Assembly: GCA_963773585.1 (NCBI GenBank)
Contig: CAVZBR010000001.1
Location: 814,905 to 878,904, forward strand
Direction: 5' to 3'
Source: an uncultured Gammaproteobacteria bacterium
Lineage (GTDB): Bacteria > Pseudomonadota > Gammaproteobacteria > JASBUN01
DNA: 64,000 bases
Position numbers and translations under genes: made by a program. Of this stretch, positions 38,947-49,456 are shown piece after piece. Every line of letters begins with the position of its first letter. Position 1 is the first letter of the stretch. The notes beneath the pieces were generated by a model. That model was not told where the DNA came from. It searched no databases and was given only the letters and a program-made list of their open reading frames with translations.

Positions 38947-39885
38947 ATGCGATTTTTCAAGAAGCAGACAGAGTTCGATTTCCTGGGTGTGCGCAAAGTC
39001 GCCATGGCCCTGTCTCTGATACTCGTGCTTGGTTCGATCGTATCCCTCGCAGTCCGCGGTTTGAACTTCGGTATCGACTTTACCGGGGGCACGCTGATCG
39101 AAGTCAACTACAGCGGCGACGTCCAACTCGACGACATACGCGCAGCGCTGCGTGGCGATGATTTCGGCGACGCGGTGGTGCAGTATTTCGGCACTTCCAC
39201 AGATGTGCTGATTCGCATCGCGCCGAAGGAGGGCGTCACTCAGAGCGAGCTGAGCAATCGGGTGATGGACAACCTGCGCAGCGGGAGCAAGTCCCAAATT
39301 ACGTTGCGTCGCGTGGAATTCGTCGGACCTCAAGTCGGTCAGGAATTGACCGAGCAGGGCGGACTGGCAATGCTCACGACGCTGTTCGGAATCCTGATTT
39401 ACGTCACCCTGCGGTTCGAGTGGCGGCTCTCACTTGGCTCGGTGATCGCGCTGGCTCACGACACCATCATGACCCTCGGCGTATTCTCTGTGCTCTGGAT
39501 TCCATTCGACCTGTCGGTCATGGCGGCGGTCTTGGCGGTGATCGGCTATTCCTTGAATGACACCATCGTGGTATTCGATCGAATCCGGGAAAATTTCCGC
39601 AGAATGCGCAAAGGTACGCCGGTTTCGATCATCAATGCTTCGATCAATCAAACCCTGTCACGCACACTGATGACTTCCGGTACGACCCTGCTGGTACTGT
39701 TCGCGCTTTATTTCCTGGGCGGAGAAGCCATTCACGGCTTTTCCCTGGCGTTGATTATCGGAATCGTATTCGGAACCTATTCTTCGATCTACGTCGCCAG
39801 CGCGCTGGCACTGGCACTCGGATTGAGCAAATCCGACCTTGCGCAGGTCAAGAAGGAAGGCGCCGAGGTCGAGGGTCGGCCGTAA
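38947..39885 (+). CDS. secF: protein translocase subunit SecF
   Basis: 312 aa SecF with a GGTLIEV periplasmic loop and C-terminal TMs. Confidence 0.92.
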   Translation: MRFFKKQTEFDFLGVRKVAMALSLILVLGSIVSLAVRGLNFGIDFTGGTLIEVNYSGDVQLDDIRAALRGDDFGDAVVQYFGTSTDVLIRIAPKEGVTQSELSNRVMDNLRSGSKSQITLRRVEFVGPQVGQELTEQGGLAMLTTLFGILIYVTLRFEWRLSLGSVIALAHDTIMTLGVFSVLWIPFDLSVMAAVLAVIGYSLNDTIVVFDRIRENFRRMRKGTPVSIINASINQTLSRTLMTSGTTLLVLFALYFLGGEAIHGFSLALIIGIVFGTYSSIYVASALALALGLSKSDLAQVKKEGAEVEGRP

Positions 39886-39898
39886 CCGCTTTTAGCTG

Positions 39899-40240
39899 TC
39901 AACGCGCTTTGCGCAATTCATCGAAGGGATCCTGCTCGTCCGGGCGGGGTTTGATCTTGTTGCAGATTGGCGCGTTGCGGCGCTTACAGCGATCGTCGTC
40001 CACCGTGTGCACCGTAACGAGGGACCAGACGCTGGCGATGGCCCATAGCAGCGCGCCCAATCCCACCGTATTCCAGCTCACCGTTTCCAGGTGCAATGGG
40101 CCGCCAAAAAACAGTCCATAGACCAGCCCGGTGATCCCGGCGATCCAGAAAACAGCAATCGGTGCTGCGCAGCAACCGGCGCAGCCGTAGCGGCATACTG
40201 CGTAAGGCGGCACGATAAAGCATAGGGCGGAACGCGTCAT
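39899..40240 (-). CDS. hypothetical Cys-rich small membrane protein
   Basis: 113 aa from the internal ATG at 40240. It has a CRYGCAGCC cluster, two hydrophobic helices and a C-terminal CKRRNAPICNK. I recognise no family. Confidence 0.45.
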   Translation of the reverse strand: MTRSALCFIVPPYAVCRYGCAGCCAAPIAVFWIAGITGLVYGLFFGGPLHLETVSWNTVGLGALLWAIASVWSLVTVHTVDDDRCKRRNAPICNKIKPRPDEQDPFDELRKAR

Positions 40241-40380
40241 CGAAAGTCTCTCCGCAACTCGTCTTGCGACCAATCCAGAATAGAACAATTCCGGTTGACT
40301 CTTGTATACCACAGGCGATAGCGGGGTGAAACCAGGAACCGGCCGGCGGGCCCAGGAATGGAATGCGAACGCGGGGTTTG

Positions 40381-40608
40381 TCAGCCGGCCTTGCGGCGGC
40401 GGGACGTGAAGGCGACGACGCGCGACTCGCCGTGCGCAGGCGGACGGCTGGATTTGGTTGCGGGTTCGATTGCGATGATCTCGACCGCGTCGGCACCCGG
40501 CTGATAGCCTTTCATCAGCGCCAGCTCTTCCATGCCGCCGAGCACGTCTCGCATGATCATTTCCAATGCTTTTGGACCGAGAACGCGGGGCGTGCGTGAT
40601 TCCGACAT
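40381..40608 (-). CDS. hypothetical small protein (75 aa)
   Basis: An ORF with a plausible ATG at 40608. I recognise no domain. Confidence 0.35.
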   Translation of the reverse strand: MSESRTPRVLGPKALEMIMRDVLGGMEELALMKGYQPGADAVEIIAIEPATKSSRPPAHGESRVVAFTSRRRKAG

Positions 40609-40705
40609 GGTTGCTTCCAAGCTGCTGGGCCGTGCGCCAACCGGCGCGCTTAGCAACTGTTTCGGAATTACGGGCTAAAACTTGAGGGCAACCAGGGCCA
40701 GCCGC

Positions 40706-41506
40706 TCACTTGGCCAACGCTTTTCCCCGGTGAGGCGCAATCGATTGCAGCAAAATGTGATGCAGTTTTGGTGTTGCGGCAACGACATTTCCACTTTCGA
40801 GATAATCTTCACCACCCCCGAAGTCGGTGATCAGGCCGCCGGCTTCGCGAATCATCAACGCGCCGGCTGCCATATCCCATTCTGAAAGACCGATTTCCCA
40901 GAAGCCATCCAGGCGCCCAGCGGCTACATACGCGAGGTCGAGAGATGCCGCACCGGCGCGCCGGATGCCGGCGGTATCAGCGAACAATGCCCGGAACATT
41001 TCCAGATAGGCATCGAGATGCTGTTGCTGACGAAACGGGAATCCCGTTCCCAGCAATGCGCCCTCCAGTGTTTTGCGGCTGGTGACGCGGATGCGCTTGT
41101 TGTTGAGCTGCGCGCCCGCGCCTTTGCTGGCAGTGAACAGCTCTTGGCGCATCGGATCGTAGATCACACCCTGATCCAGACGGCCGCGGTGTTTGAGCGC
41201 AATGGATACCGCAAACTGCGGAAAACCGTGCAGGAAATTGGTGGTGCCGTCGAGGGGATCGATCACCCACTGATATTCGTCGTCGCGCCCTTGCTCGCCG
41301 CTCTCTTCAGCGAGAATCCCATGGCTGGGAAAGGCTTTGCGCAATACCGCAATGATTTCCTGCTCGGCCAGATGGTCGACTTCGCTGACGAAATCATTGC
41401 GTTGCTTGCTGGTGATTGAAAGGGTGTCCAGCCGGCTGACGTAGCGCGTAATGACGTTGCCGGCGCTGCGGGCGGCGCGCACGGCAATGTTGAGCATGGG
41501 GTGCAT
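40706..41506 (-). CDS. suhB: inositol monophosphatase family protein SuhB
   Basis: IMPase motifs EESG, WVIDPLDGTTNF and WDMAAGALMIREAGG. The start is taken at MHPMLNIAVRAAR (41506). The ORF-track 5' extension is unlikely. Confidence 0.88.
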   Translation of the reverse strand: MHPMLNIAVRAARSAGNVITRYVSRLDTLSITSKQRNDFVSEVDHLAEQEIIAVLRKAFPSHGILAEESGEQGRDDEYQWVIDPLDGTTNFLHGFPQFAVSIALKHRGRLDQGVIYDPMRQELFTASKGAGAQLNNKRIRVTSRKTLEGALLGTGFPFRQQQHLDAYLEMFRALFADTAGIRRAGAASLDLAYVAAGRLDGFWEIGLSEWDMAAGALMIREAGGLITDFGGGEDYLESGNVVAATPKLHHILLQSIAPHRGKALAK

Positions 41507-41617
41507 GAAGCGGTTCCGGTGTAGCGTGTCGGCGAGCAGGTAAGGATAACAGAGAACCGACTGCGGGATAACCGTGACAGCTTGCCTCGGCGGGCGTGAA
41601 GTCGGTATGGTGCCGCG

Positions 41618-42385
41618 ATGCAAACGGAGAACATCCGAACGGTGTTGGTGGAAACGACCCATCCCGGGAACATCGGCGCCGCCGCACGGGCGCTCAAGAA
41701 CATGGGCTTGACGCGCTTGTCCCTGGTGCGTCCCGCGCATTTCCCCCACGCAGACGCAACCGCGCGCGCTTCAGGCGCCGATGACCTGCTCGCCCGGGCG
41801 GCGGTACACGACTCCCTCGAAGCGGCAGTTGCCGATTGTCACCTGGTCATCGGTGCCAGCGCCCGGCTGCGCAAACTGCGTTGGCCCCAACTTGACCCGC
41901 GCGAATGTGCAGCATTGGTCGCACGCGAGGCCTCCCGCGGCGACGTTGCACTCGTTTTCGGCCGTGAGCGAAGCGGATTGAGCAATGAGGAACTGGAGCG
42001 CTGTCACTACCTGGTACACATTCCCTGTAATCCCGAATTCAGTTCCCTCAATGTCGCGGCGGCGGTGCAGGTTCTGAGTTACGAACTCATGATGGCTAGC
42101 GGCCAGCAGTCGGCCGACGCTGCGGAGATCGCCGAGTCCGTCGATCCGCTGGACCGGCCGGCGGGCGCCGAGGATCTGTTGCGCTTTTATGAGCACCTGG
42201 AGCAAGTGCTGGTGGCGGTCGATTTTCTCGATCCGGCACACCCCAAGCACCTCATGCGCCGACTTAAGCGCTTGTTCAATCGCGCCCATCCGGATTTGCG
42301 CGAGGTCAACATCCTGCGCGGCATGTTGAGCGCGGTCCAACGTCAGTCTGAAGACAGCTCGCCACGACCCGACGATGCAGTATGA
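41618..42385 (+). CDS. trmJ: tRNA (cytidine/uridine-2'-O)-methyltransferase TrmJ (SpoU family)
   Basis: SPOUT motifs (VLVETTHPGNIGAAARALKNMG; ALVFGRERSGLSNEEL; SLNVAAAVQVLSYEL). Confidence 0.85.
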   Translation: MQTENIRTVLVETTHPGNIGAAARALKNMGLTRLSLVRPAHFPHADATARASGADDLLARAAVHDSLEAAVADCHLVIGASARLRKLRWPQLDPRECAALVAREASRGDVALVFGRERSGLSNEELERCHYLVHIPCNPEFSSLNVAAAVQVLSYELMMASGQQSADAAEIAESVDPLDRPAGAEDLLRFYEHLEQVLVAVDFLDPAHPKHLMRRLKRLFNRAHPDLREVNILRGMLSAVQRQSEDSSPRPDDAV

Positions 42386-42469
42386 TGTTGGATGTCTGCC
42401 TCTATAATGGCGGCTCAGAGCACTTCGAAGATGGACTGAAGTCCGTCTGCCACACGGCGAAAGAGAATC

Positions 42470-43306
42470 ATGTTCGAACGTCTGCGGGAAGATATTAACT
42501 GCGTATTCGAGCGCGATCCGGCGGCGCGCAATCGCTTGGAAGTGTTGACCACTTATCCCGGTGTACACGCGGTGCTGTGGCATCGTATGAACCACAGGTT
42601 GTGGCAGCTCGGTCTGAAATGGCTGGCGCGCTGGCTATCGAGTATCGCGCGGTGGCTGACCGGAATCGAAATTCATCCGGCAGCTCAGATCGGCCGCCAT
42701 TTTTTCATCGATCACGGCATGGGCGTGGTGATCGGGGAAACGACGGAAATCGGCAACGATTGCACGCTTTATCACGGCGTCACATTGGGTGGCACCAGTT
42801 GGCAGAAGGGCAAACGCCATCCGACCTTGGGTAACGACGTCGTGATCGGTGCCGGGGCGAAGATTCTTGGGCCCATCCGCATCGGCGACGGCGCGCGCAT
42901 CGGTTCCAATGCGGTGGTGTTGCGGGACGTGCCGGCCGGGGCGACGGTGGTCGGTGTGCCGGGGCGGATCGTCTCGCCCACGACCGAGAAGACCGAACGG
43001 GACCGGGCCCGCGAGGCCATCGCCAAGAAAATGGGCTTTGATGCCTATGGGATGAGCAAGTCCACTCCGGACCCGGTTGCCCACGCCATCAATTGCATGC
43101 TCGATCATATCCACACGATGGACAAGCGTTTGGAGGATATGTGTGGAGCGATCAAGAGCCTGGGTGCGGAAGTGGGGGATCTGCAGCTGCCGGAGCTGGA
43201 GCCGTGCGAAATCAGCAGCGCGACTGAACGGATGGCTCAGGACGCCCGCTTGGACGACGCGCCTGCGGATCAGCCCGCCAAGCCCAACGATCATGAAGTT
43301 GACTAA
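42470..43306 (+). CDS. cysE: serine O-acetyltransferase CysE
   Basis: SATase N-terminal domain plus hexapeptide repeats ([31 protein letters not shown]). Confidence 0.9.
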   Translation: MFERLREDINCVFERDPAARNRLEVLTTYPGVHAVLWHRMNHRLWQLGLKWLARWLSSIARWLTGIEIHPAAQIGRHFFIDHGMGVVIGETTEIGNDCTLYHGVTLGGTSWQKGKRHPTLGNDVVIGAGAKILGPIRIGDGARIGSNAVVLRDVPAGATVVGVPGRIVSPTTEKTERDRAREAIAKKMGFDAYGMSKSTPDPVAHAINCMLDHIHTMDKRLEDMCGAIKSLGAEVGDLQLPELEPCEISSATERMAQDARLDDAPADQPAKPNDHEVD

Positions 43307-43391
43307 TGGGGAGCGGCGGGTATAATACTTGACCAATTTAGTCAGAAATGCATAACCTTGTTCATATTATGATGAAATGTGGGACGGATCA

Positions 43392-43889
43392 ATGAGACTG
43401 ACGACCAAAGGCAGATACGCGGTGACCGCCATGTTGGACTTGGCGATCCACTACGACAACGGTCCTATCTCGCTCGCCGACATCTCCGAGCGCCAAGGAA
43501 TTTCGCTGTCGTATCTGGAGCAGCTGTTCACCAAGCTACGGCGTACCGGACTGGTGAAGAGCACCCGCGGCCCGGGTGGCGGTTACGCACTCAGCCGACA
43601 GGCCAGCGAAATTGCCGTGGCCGATGTGATTACCGCGGTGGATGAAAAGGTCGACACTACCCGTTGCGGCGGAATGAGCAATTGCCAGGACGATGAGCGC
43701 TGCCTTACCCACGAACTTTGGGTCGATTTAAGCGATCAGATCTATAACTTTTTGAGTTCGATCAGCCTGCGGCAACTGATGGACCGTAAGGGCGTCCGGG
43801 AAGTGGCCGACCGCCAGGACTTGAAGAGCACCGGTAGTCATTCCGTGAAGTTGGAACGAACCGCTAATGCCGGCAGCGCGCGGGTCTGA
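43392..43889 (+). CDS. iscR: Fe-S cluster assembly transcriptional regulator IscR (Rrf2 family)
   Basis: Rrf2 HTH ([18 protein letters not shown]). The cluster ligands follow the IscR spacing C-x5-C-x5-C-x2-H ([16 protein letters not shown]). Confidence 0.88.
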   Translation: MRLTTKGRYAVTAMLDLAIHYDNGPISLADISERQGISLSYLEQLFTKLRRTGLVKSTRGPGGGYALSRQASEIAVADVITAVDEKVDTTRCGGMSNCQDDERCLTHELWVDLSDQIYNFLSSISLRQLMDRKGVREVADRQDLKSTGSHSVKLERTANAGSARV

Positions 43890-44526
43890 GAGCCCGTCCC
43901 TGTAGCGCGGCGGTCATTGTAGCCTACCTAGCCTGTGATCGCCGCTGCCGAGTCGAACTGAATGGACGAGACGCCGGGGCGGCGGTGTCCGGCAATCCGC
44001 GCATCAGCGGGCGCTCCCATCTTTACCGCAAGCAACGGCGACCAACGGGCCAGCCGTGAAATCGAGTCCAAAGCGCTGATCTCAATCGCCAGCCAAACGG
44101 ATTGCTGGACCTGGTGAACTGCAAGGCCACAGTCCGCGACCGGACGGCATTCGCCTCCACCATGCACGTCAAACATCGAATCGGGTGAAATCTGCCGGGA
44201 GCGCAGCGAAGCTGGAGGCGCAGCGGCGGCCGTCGGCGTGAGCGCGCCGCGGAATCTGCTCGAAAATCTATTGATGTTCATGGGGCATTTTGAAGCTCTG
44301 AACCATGCGGCGGGCGCCTGATCGCGGCGCCCGAGATTACCTGGTCGATGGCGCTCGCAAGGGCCTGATTGCCTGCGTGCCTGGGTGGCGGTAGACTACC
44401 GCAAACCCGCGGCGTCACGCGGGTTTATGCTATGGAAAGTGTGCGGCCACCAAGGCTCGTAGTGGTTTGCGCTCCACCGTTTCGCGACGGGTTCCAATTC
44501 TGACAGGTGTACAACGGGAGTATCGG

Positions 44527-44958
44527 ATGGCTATTGAACGAACCCTATCCATCATCAAGCCGGACGGCGTGGCGAAGAATGTCATTGGTGAAATCTACAG
44601 TCGCTTCGAGAAGGGTGGCTTGCGCATTGTCGCCGCCAAGATGGTGCAATTGAGTGAAGCGCGGGCGCAGCAATTCTACGCGGTTCACAAAGAACGTCCT
44701 TTCTACAATGATCTGGTTGCGTTCATGACCTCCGGTCCCGTGATGGTACAGGTACTCGAAGGCGACAACGCCATTGCGCGCAACCGTGAAATCATGGGCG
44801 CCACCAACCCGAAGGACGCTGAGCCCGGCACCGTTCGAGCCGATTTCGCCGAAACCGTCGACGAAAACGCGGTGCACGGATCGGACGCACCGGAGACTGC
44901 CAAGCAGGAAATCGCGTTTTTCTTTCAAGACGACGAGATTTGCCCGCGCACCCGGTAA
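44527..44958 (+). CDS. ndk: nucleoside diphosphate kinase
   Basis: [15 protein letters not shown]...NAVHGSD, with the active-site His in the NAVHGSD motif. Confidence 0.92.
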   Translation: MAIERTLSIIKPDGVAKNVIGEIYSRFEKGGLRIVAAKMVQLSEARAQQFYAVHKERPFYNDLVAFMTSGPVMVQVLEGDNAIARNREIMGATNPKDAEPGTVRADFAETVDENAVHGSDAPETAKQEIAFFFQDDEICPRTR

Positions 44959-44964
44959 CCGAAA

Positions 44965-46089
44965 TTGCAGACGCACCCGGACAAGATCAATTTACTTGGC
45001 CTCACCCGAAGCCAGATGGAACGCTTTTTCGCCGACCGCGGCGAAAAGGCGTTTCGCGCTCAGCAGGTCATGCGCTGGATCTACCATGAGGGTGTGACCG
45101 ATTTCGACGACATGACCAATTTGAGCAAGGTCCTGCGAGCTAAGCTCGGAGAAGCCGCCGAGGTGCGGATGCCGGAATTAGTGCTCGACCAACCGTCCTC
45201 GGACGGTACCCGCAAATGGGTGCTGCGCATGGGCGATCACAATGCCATCGAGACGGTATTCATTCCGGAGGCGGATCGCGGCACGCTGTGCGTATCGAGC
45301 CAGGTCGGTTGTACTCTGAACTGCACCTTCTGCTCGACCGCGACCCAAGGATTCAATCGCAACCTCAGCGCAGCGGAAATTGTCGGCCAGGTGCTGTTCG
45401 CCGCATGTGCCTTGGGTATTCCGAAAAATCGGGGCGAACGCGTCATCACGAATGTGGTGATGATGGGGATGGGCGAGCCGTTGATGAATTTCGACAATGT
45501 CGTCCCCGCCATGGACGTGATGATGGAAGACCTGGGGTTCGGTATTTCCCGCAGACGCGTGACACTGAGTACGGCCGGCGTCGTGCCGCAAATCGATCGG
45601 CTGCGGGAGGTGAGCGGCGTGAGCCTGGCCGTATCCCTGCACGCGCCGAACGACGAATTGCGAGATCGACTGGTGCCGCTGAATAAGAAGTACCCGATCG
45701 CGGAACTGTTGGCGGCCTGCAAACGCTATGTGGACGGCCAAGCCCATCGGCGCATCACGTTCGAATACGTCATGCTCGACGGCGTCAACGATGGCATTGA
45801 ACACGCAAAACAGTTGGCGCGGGTTCTGGCGGACGTGCCTTCTAAGATCAATCTGATTCCGTTCAATCCTTTCCCAGGTGCCCCCTGGCGGCGTTCAAGT
45901 GATCGCGCGATCAACAAATTTCGCGACGTACTGATGGAGGCGGGCATCATGACGGTGACGCGCAAGACCCGCGGAGACGATATTGCCGCCGCGTGCGGTC
46001 AGTTGGTCGGCGAAGTACAGGATCGCACCAGCCGGCAGGCCAAGCATCGCGTCAAAATCGAGCTGGATCGACCGGAGCTCGGCGTATGA
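44965..46089 (+). CDS. rlmN: 23S rRNA/tRNA m2A methyltransferase RlmN (radical SAM)
   Basis: [12 protein letters not shown]...[17 protein letters not shown]...MGMGEPL. The TTG start at 44965 is tentative. Confidence 0.88.
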   Translation: MQTHPDKINLLGLTRSQMERFFADRGEKAFRAQQVMRWIYHEGVTDFDDMTNLSKVLRAKLGEAAEVRMPELVLDQPSSDGTRKWVLRMGDHNAIETVFIPEADRGTLCVSSQVGCTLNCTFCSTATQGFNRNLSAAEIVGQVLFAACALGIPKNRGERVITNVVMMGMGEPLMNFDNVVPAMDVMMEDLGFGISRRRVTLSTAGVVPQIDRLREVSGVSLAVSLHAPNDELRDRLVPLNKKYPIAELLAACKRYVDGQAHRRITFEYVMLDGVNDGIEHAKQLARVLADVPSKINLIPFNPFPGAPWRRSSDRAINKFRDVLMEAGIMTVTRKTRGDDIAAACGQLVGEVQDRTSRQAKHRVKIELDRPELGV

Positions 46090-46844
46090 GTTTCGCGCGC
46101 ATATTGTGGTGTGCTTTGTTGCTGACGCCGTTGGTGGCTTGCACGCCGGACAATGCCCGAGAGGAAAGCATCAACAGCCCGGCACGATTGAATGTCGAAC
46201 TGGGCAAGGCCTATATTCACGAAGGCGACTTCAAGCAGGCAATGGTCAAGCTGCAGCGAGCCATCGATGATGCGCCGAATTATCCCGAGGCACACGGCAC
46301 GTTGGCAATCTTGAACTGGCGACTGGGCGAAAAAGACAAGGCCGAGCGCGAGTTCCGTGAAGCCATTCGGCTGGATCCAGACGATCCGCAGTTCCACAAC
46401 AACTACGGCGTGTTTCTCTGCGAACAGGAACAGTACGACAAGGCCGAAGAACAGTTCATGGGTGCGCTGAAGAATCCGCTGTACGAAACACCGGAACATG
46501 CGTACACCAATGCCGGCCTTTGCGCGTTACGACACTCGGATACCGGCTTGGCGGAAAAGCATTTCCGCGCGGCATTGCGCAAAAATCCGAAATTCCCGGT
46601 AGCGCTGCTGAAAATGGGCGAAATCAGCTATCAGGGCGCACACTATATGCAGGCGCGTGCCTACCTGCAGCGCTATTCCGAGGTGGGAAAACCCACGGCT
46701 GAAAGTCTTTGGTTGGGGGTTCGGACTGAGCAAAAGCTCAACGACCGCGACGCGGCTTCCAGCTACGCCTTGCGGCTGCGGGCGAAGTTCCCGGATTCCG
46801 AACAGACCCGGTTGTTGCTGAAATCGGACCAGCATGGCCAGTGA
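46086..46844 (+). CDS. pilW: type IV pilus biogenesis/stability TPR lipoprotein PilW (PilF)
   Basis: Lipoprotein signal (LLTPLVAC) followed by TPR repeats. The position between rlmN and rodZ matches Pseudomonas-type synteny. Confidence 0.8.
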   Translation: MSFARILWCALLLTPLVACTPDNAREESINSPARLNVELGKAYIHEGDFKQAMVKLQRAIDDAPNYPEAHGTLAILNWRLGEKDKAEREFREAIRLDPDDPQFHNNYGVFLCEQEQYDKAEEQFMGALKNPLYETPEHAYTNAGLCALRHSDTGLAEKHFRAALRKNPKFPVALLKMGEISYQGAHYMQARAYLQRYSEVGKPTAESLWLGVRTEQKLNDRDAASSYALRLRAKFPDSEQTRLLLKSDQHGQ

Positions 46845-47826
46845 AGCTGAAGTGGAACGCGCCGACAGCGGTATGGAGCCGCCTGGCGCGCGGTTGCGCG
46901 CCGGACGGGAAGCCGCCGGCCTCAAGCTGGCGGATGTGGCGTTGGAGTTGCGCCTGAGCGTTGACACGATTGACGCTCTGGAACACGGCGCCGCGGACAA
47001 GTTGCCGGCGCCGATCTTCGTGCGCGGTTACGTTCGCAATTACGCGGTGCTGGTCGGATTGCCGCCCCAGGAACTGGTAGAGGCGTACAACAGTTCCGTC
47101 GGTGGCGTCCAGAATCAAGGTCTGCGCGCCGGGCCGATGCAGCAGCAACTGGTCGGGGCGCGGCGGCGCAATTATCTTGTTTGGCTGTTGGTGCTGGTGG
47201 TTGCCGTCGCCGCTGGGTGGTGGTTTCAGCAGCGTACCGCTTCGCCTCCCGGCCGGACTTCGATCACGGGCCAGACGTCCGCTCAAAACACCGATCAAGC
47301 GCAAGCACCGCCTGCGGCGGCCAGTAGCGCCGGCGAGCCGAATCAAGGCGAAATTCCGCCAGCAGTGCAGCCGGGGCAGTCCATGCAACCTGGAAGCAGT
47401 GCGGCTGAAACGCCCGCCGCAATCGATGACAATATGCCGCCCCAGGCAGAGCCGGTGGTGCCGCCGCCGGATGATGTCGGACCGCCCGGCGAAGATACTG
47501 CGGCAGTGCCCACTCCCAGCGAACCAGCGTCGCCTACTGCGGCCGCGCCACCGCCGGCCGCGCCGCAATCGTCGGAGGCTGTCGCTGGCGATACGCTGAC
47601 GCTGGCGTTTACGGACCGCTCCTGGGTCGAAGTGCGCGATGCTGCGGGGCAAAGGCTGCTGTATCGGCTGGCGAACGCGGGCGAAACACGTACGGTCCAG
47701 GGCAAACCGCCGTTCCGACTGGTACTGGGCAACGCACCGGCGGTACGGGTCGAACTCAACGGCAAGCCCGTGGACGTGGCGTCCCACACCAAGGGTCGTA
47801 CCGCACGGTTCTCGGTCGCGCCCTGA
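46834..47826 (+). CDS. rodZ: cytoskeleton protein RodZ
   Basis: An N-terminal XRE HTH, a TM and a Pro/Ala-rich periplasmic linker are followed by a C-terminal DUF4115-like domain. Confidence 0.8.
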   Translation: MASEAEVERADSGMEPPGARLRAGREAAGLKLADVALELRLSVDTIDALEHGAADKLPAPIFVRGYVRNYAVLVGLPPQELVEAYNSSVGGVQNQGLRAGPMQQQLVGARRRNYLVWLLVLVVAVAAGWWFQQRTASPPGRTSITGQTSAQNTDQAQAPPAAASSAGEPNQGEIPPAVQPGQSMQPGSSAAETPAAIDDNMPPQAEPVVPPPDDVGPPGEDTAAVPTPSEPASPTAAAPPPAAPQSSEAVAGDTLTLAFTDRSWVEVRDAAGQRLLYRLANAGETRTVQGKPPFRLVLGNAPAVRVELNGKPVDVASHTKGRTARFSVAP

Positions 47827-48144
47827 CGGGCCCCCACGGGGCCGCCGCGCTCCGAACTCGAGTGGAGCCGTTCATGCACAATGGGGTTGATATTGGACGC
47901 TGTGAATCCCCACCGATCAGGCCCGGAAAAGTCCAGGTCGGCGCTGCCGCCTGGTCAGCGGTTACAATTGCGCAGTCACCGAACCGCGCCACGCCAATCC
48001 ACTGCGTACCCTCAGCACCGAGGTCGCCAGGCGCCTTGACGCCGATGTCGCGCTCGGCCACGGGGCCAGGGAAGACACCAAATGTTTGGGGTGAAGCTGT
48101 CAAGCCGGCGCGCGCCCTGGCGCCGTAACAAGTAAGGTTCACAA

Positions 48145-49452
48145 GTGTCGAAGAACATTCAGGCCATCCGGGGAATGCACGACCTGCTCCCGGACCAGAG
48201 TCCACTGTGGCAACACCTGGAGAATCAGGTTCGGTCCGTGTTACAGGGTTACGGCTATCGCGAAATCCGCATGCCGGTGGTGGAGAAAACCGAGCTGTTC
48301 AAGCGTTCCATCGGCGAGGTCACCGACATCGTCGAAAAAGAGATGTACACCTTCGAAGACCGCAACGGCGATAGTCTGACTTTGCGTCCCGAGGGTACTG
48401 CGAGTTGCGTACGCGCCGGCATCGAAAACGGGTTGCTGTTCAACCAACAGCAACGACTATGGTACATGGGGCCGATGTTTCGCCACGAGCGCCCCCAGAA
48501 AGGGCGCTATCGACAATTCCATCAAGTGGGCGTCGAAACCTTTGGCATGCCGGGCCCCGACATCGATGGCGAACTGATCCTGCTGAATGCGCGTATCTGG
48601 CGGGCACTGGGTCTGCACGACCTGCGGCTGGAATTGAATACCCTCGGCACAGCGCCGGAGCGCGCCGCATATCGTGACCGTCTGGTGGCGTACCTGAGCC
48701 AACATCATCAGCGGCTCGATGAGGACAGCAAGCGTCGCTTGAAATCGAATCCTCTGCGAATTCTCGACAGCAAGAATCCCGACATGGCCGACCTGCTCGC
48801 CGATGCGCCGCGACTGATGGAGGATCTGGGAGACGAGTCCAAGGCGCATTTTGAAATCTTGAAAGCGCTGCTCGATAGCGCTGGCATTGCGTACTCCGTC
48901 AATCCGCGTCTGGTACGGGGCCTGGATTATTACTGCCATACCGTATTCGAGTGGGTGACCGATCGCTTGGGTGCGCAAGGAACCGTTTGTGCCGGCGGGC
49001 GCTATGACGGACTCGTGGAGCAACTCGGTGGCAAGCCCACCCCTGCGGCCGGATTCGCGCTTGGCATCGAACGCCTCACCTCACTCATGGAAGACGGCAA
49101 CACCAAGGTGCCTGCAACCTCGCCCCACGTGTACATCGCCATGTCCGGCATTGCCGCGGAGCGCTACGGGATGCTGTTGGCAGAGCGCTTGCGCGATCGA
49201 CTGCCGGGACTTCGATTGCTGATGAATTGCGGCGGCGGCAGTTTCAAGGCGCAGATGAAGCGCGCCGACCGCAGCGGCGCGCAGTTGGCGCTGGTCATCG
49301 GCGACGATGAGATTGCAAACGGCAGTGTGGGTGTCAAATCGCTGCGGGCGAAGAGCGAACAACAAAGTTTTAACGAAGACGAGCTGATGTCCTACCTATA
49401 CAATGAACTGACGACCGGTGCTGATGTTGCCGGCGCTGCGACCGGAGAGTAA
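48145..49452 (+). CDS. hisS: histidine--tRNA ligase HisS
   Basis: Class II aaRS motifs are present ([11 protein letters not shown]...[11 protein letters not shown]...GGGRYDGL) with a C-terminal anticodon-binding domain. GTG start. Confidence 0.92.
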   Translation: MSKNIQAIRGMHDLLPDQSPLWQHLENQVRSVLQGYGYREIRMPVVEKTELFKRSIGEVTDIVEKEMYTFEDRNGDSLTLRPEGTASCVRAGIENGLLFNQQQRLWYMGPMFRHERPQKGRYRQFHQVGVETFGMPGPDIDGELILLNARIWRALGLHDLRLELNTLGTAPERAAYRDRLVAYLSQHHQRLDEDSKRRLKSNPLRILDSKNPDMADLLADAPRLMEDLGDESKAHFEILKALLDSAGIAYSVNPRLVRGLDYYCHTVFEWVTDRLGAQGTVCAGGRYDGLVEQLGGKPTPAAGFALGIERLTSLMEDGNTKVPATSPHVYIAMSGIAAERYGMLLAERLRDRLPGLRLLMNCGGGSFKAQMKRADRSGAQLALVIGDDEIANGSVGVKSLRAKSEQQSFNEDELMSYLYNELTTGADVAGAATGE

Positions 49453-49456
49453 CGAA

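Noticed and set aside
43928-44281. 117-aa minus-strand ORF in the iscR-ndk gap and 88-aa ORF 47862-48128 in the rodZ-hisS gap
   Set aside because: Both have low-complexity Ala/Arg/Pro-rich composition and no recognisable motifs. They are treated as spurious, though the gaps themselves are flagged as sites of gene loss.
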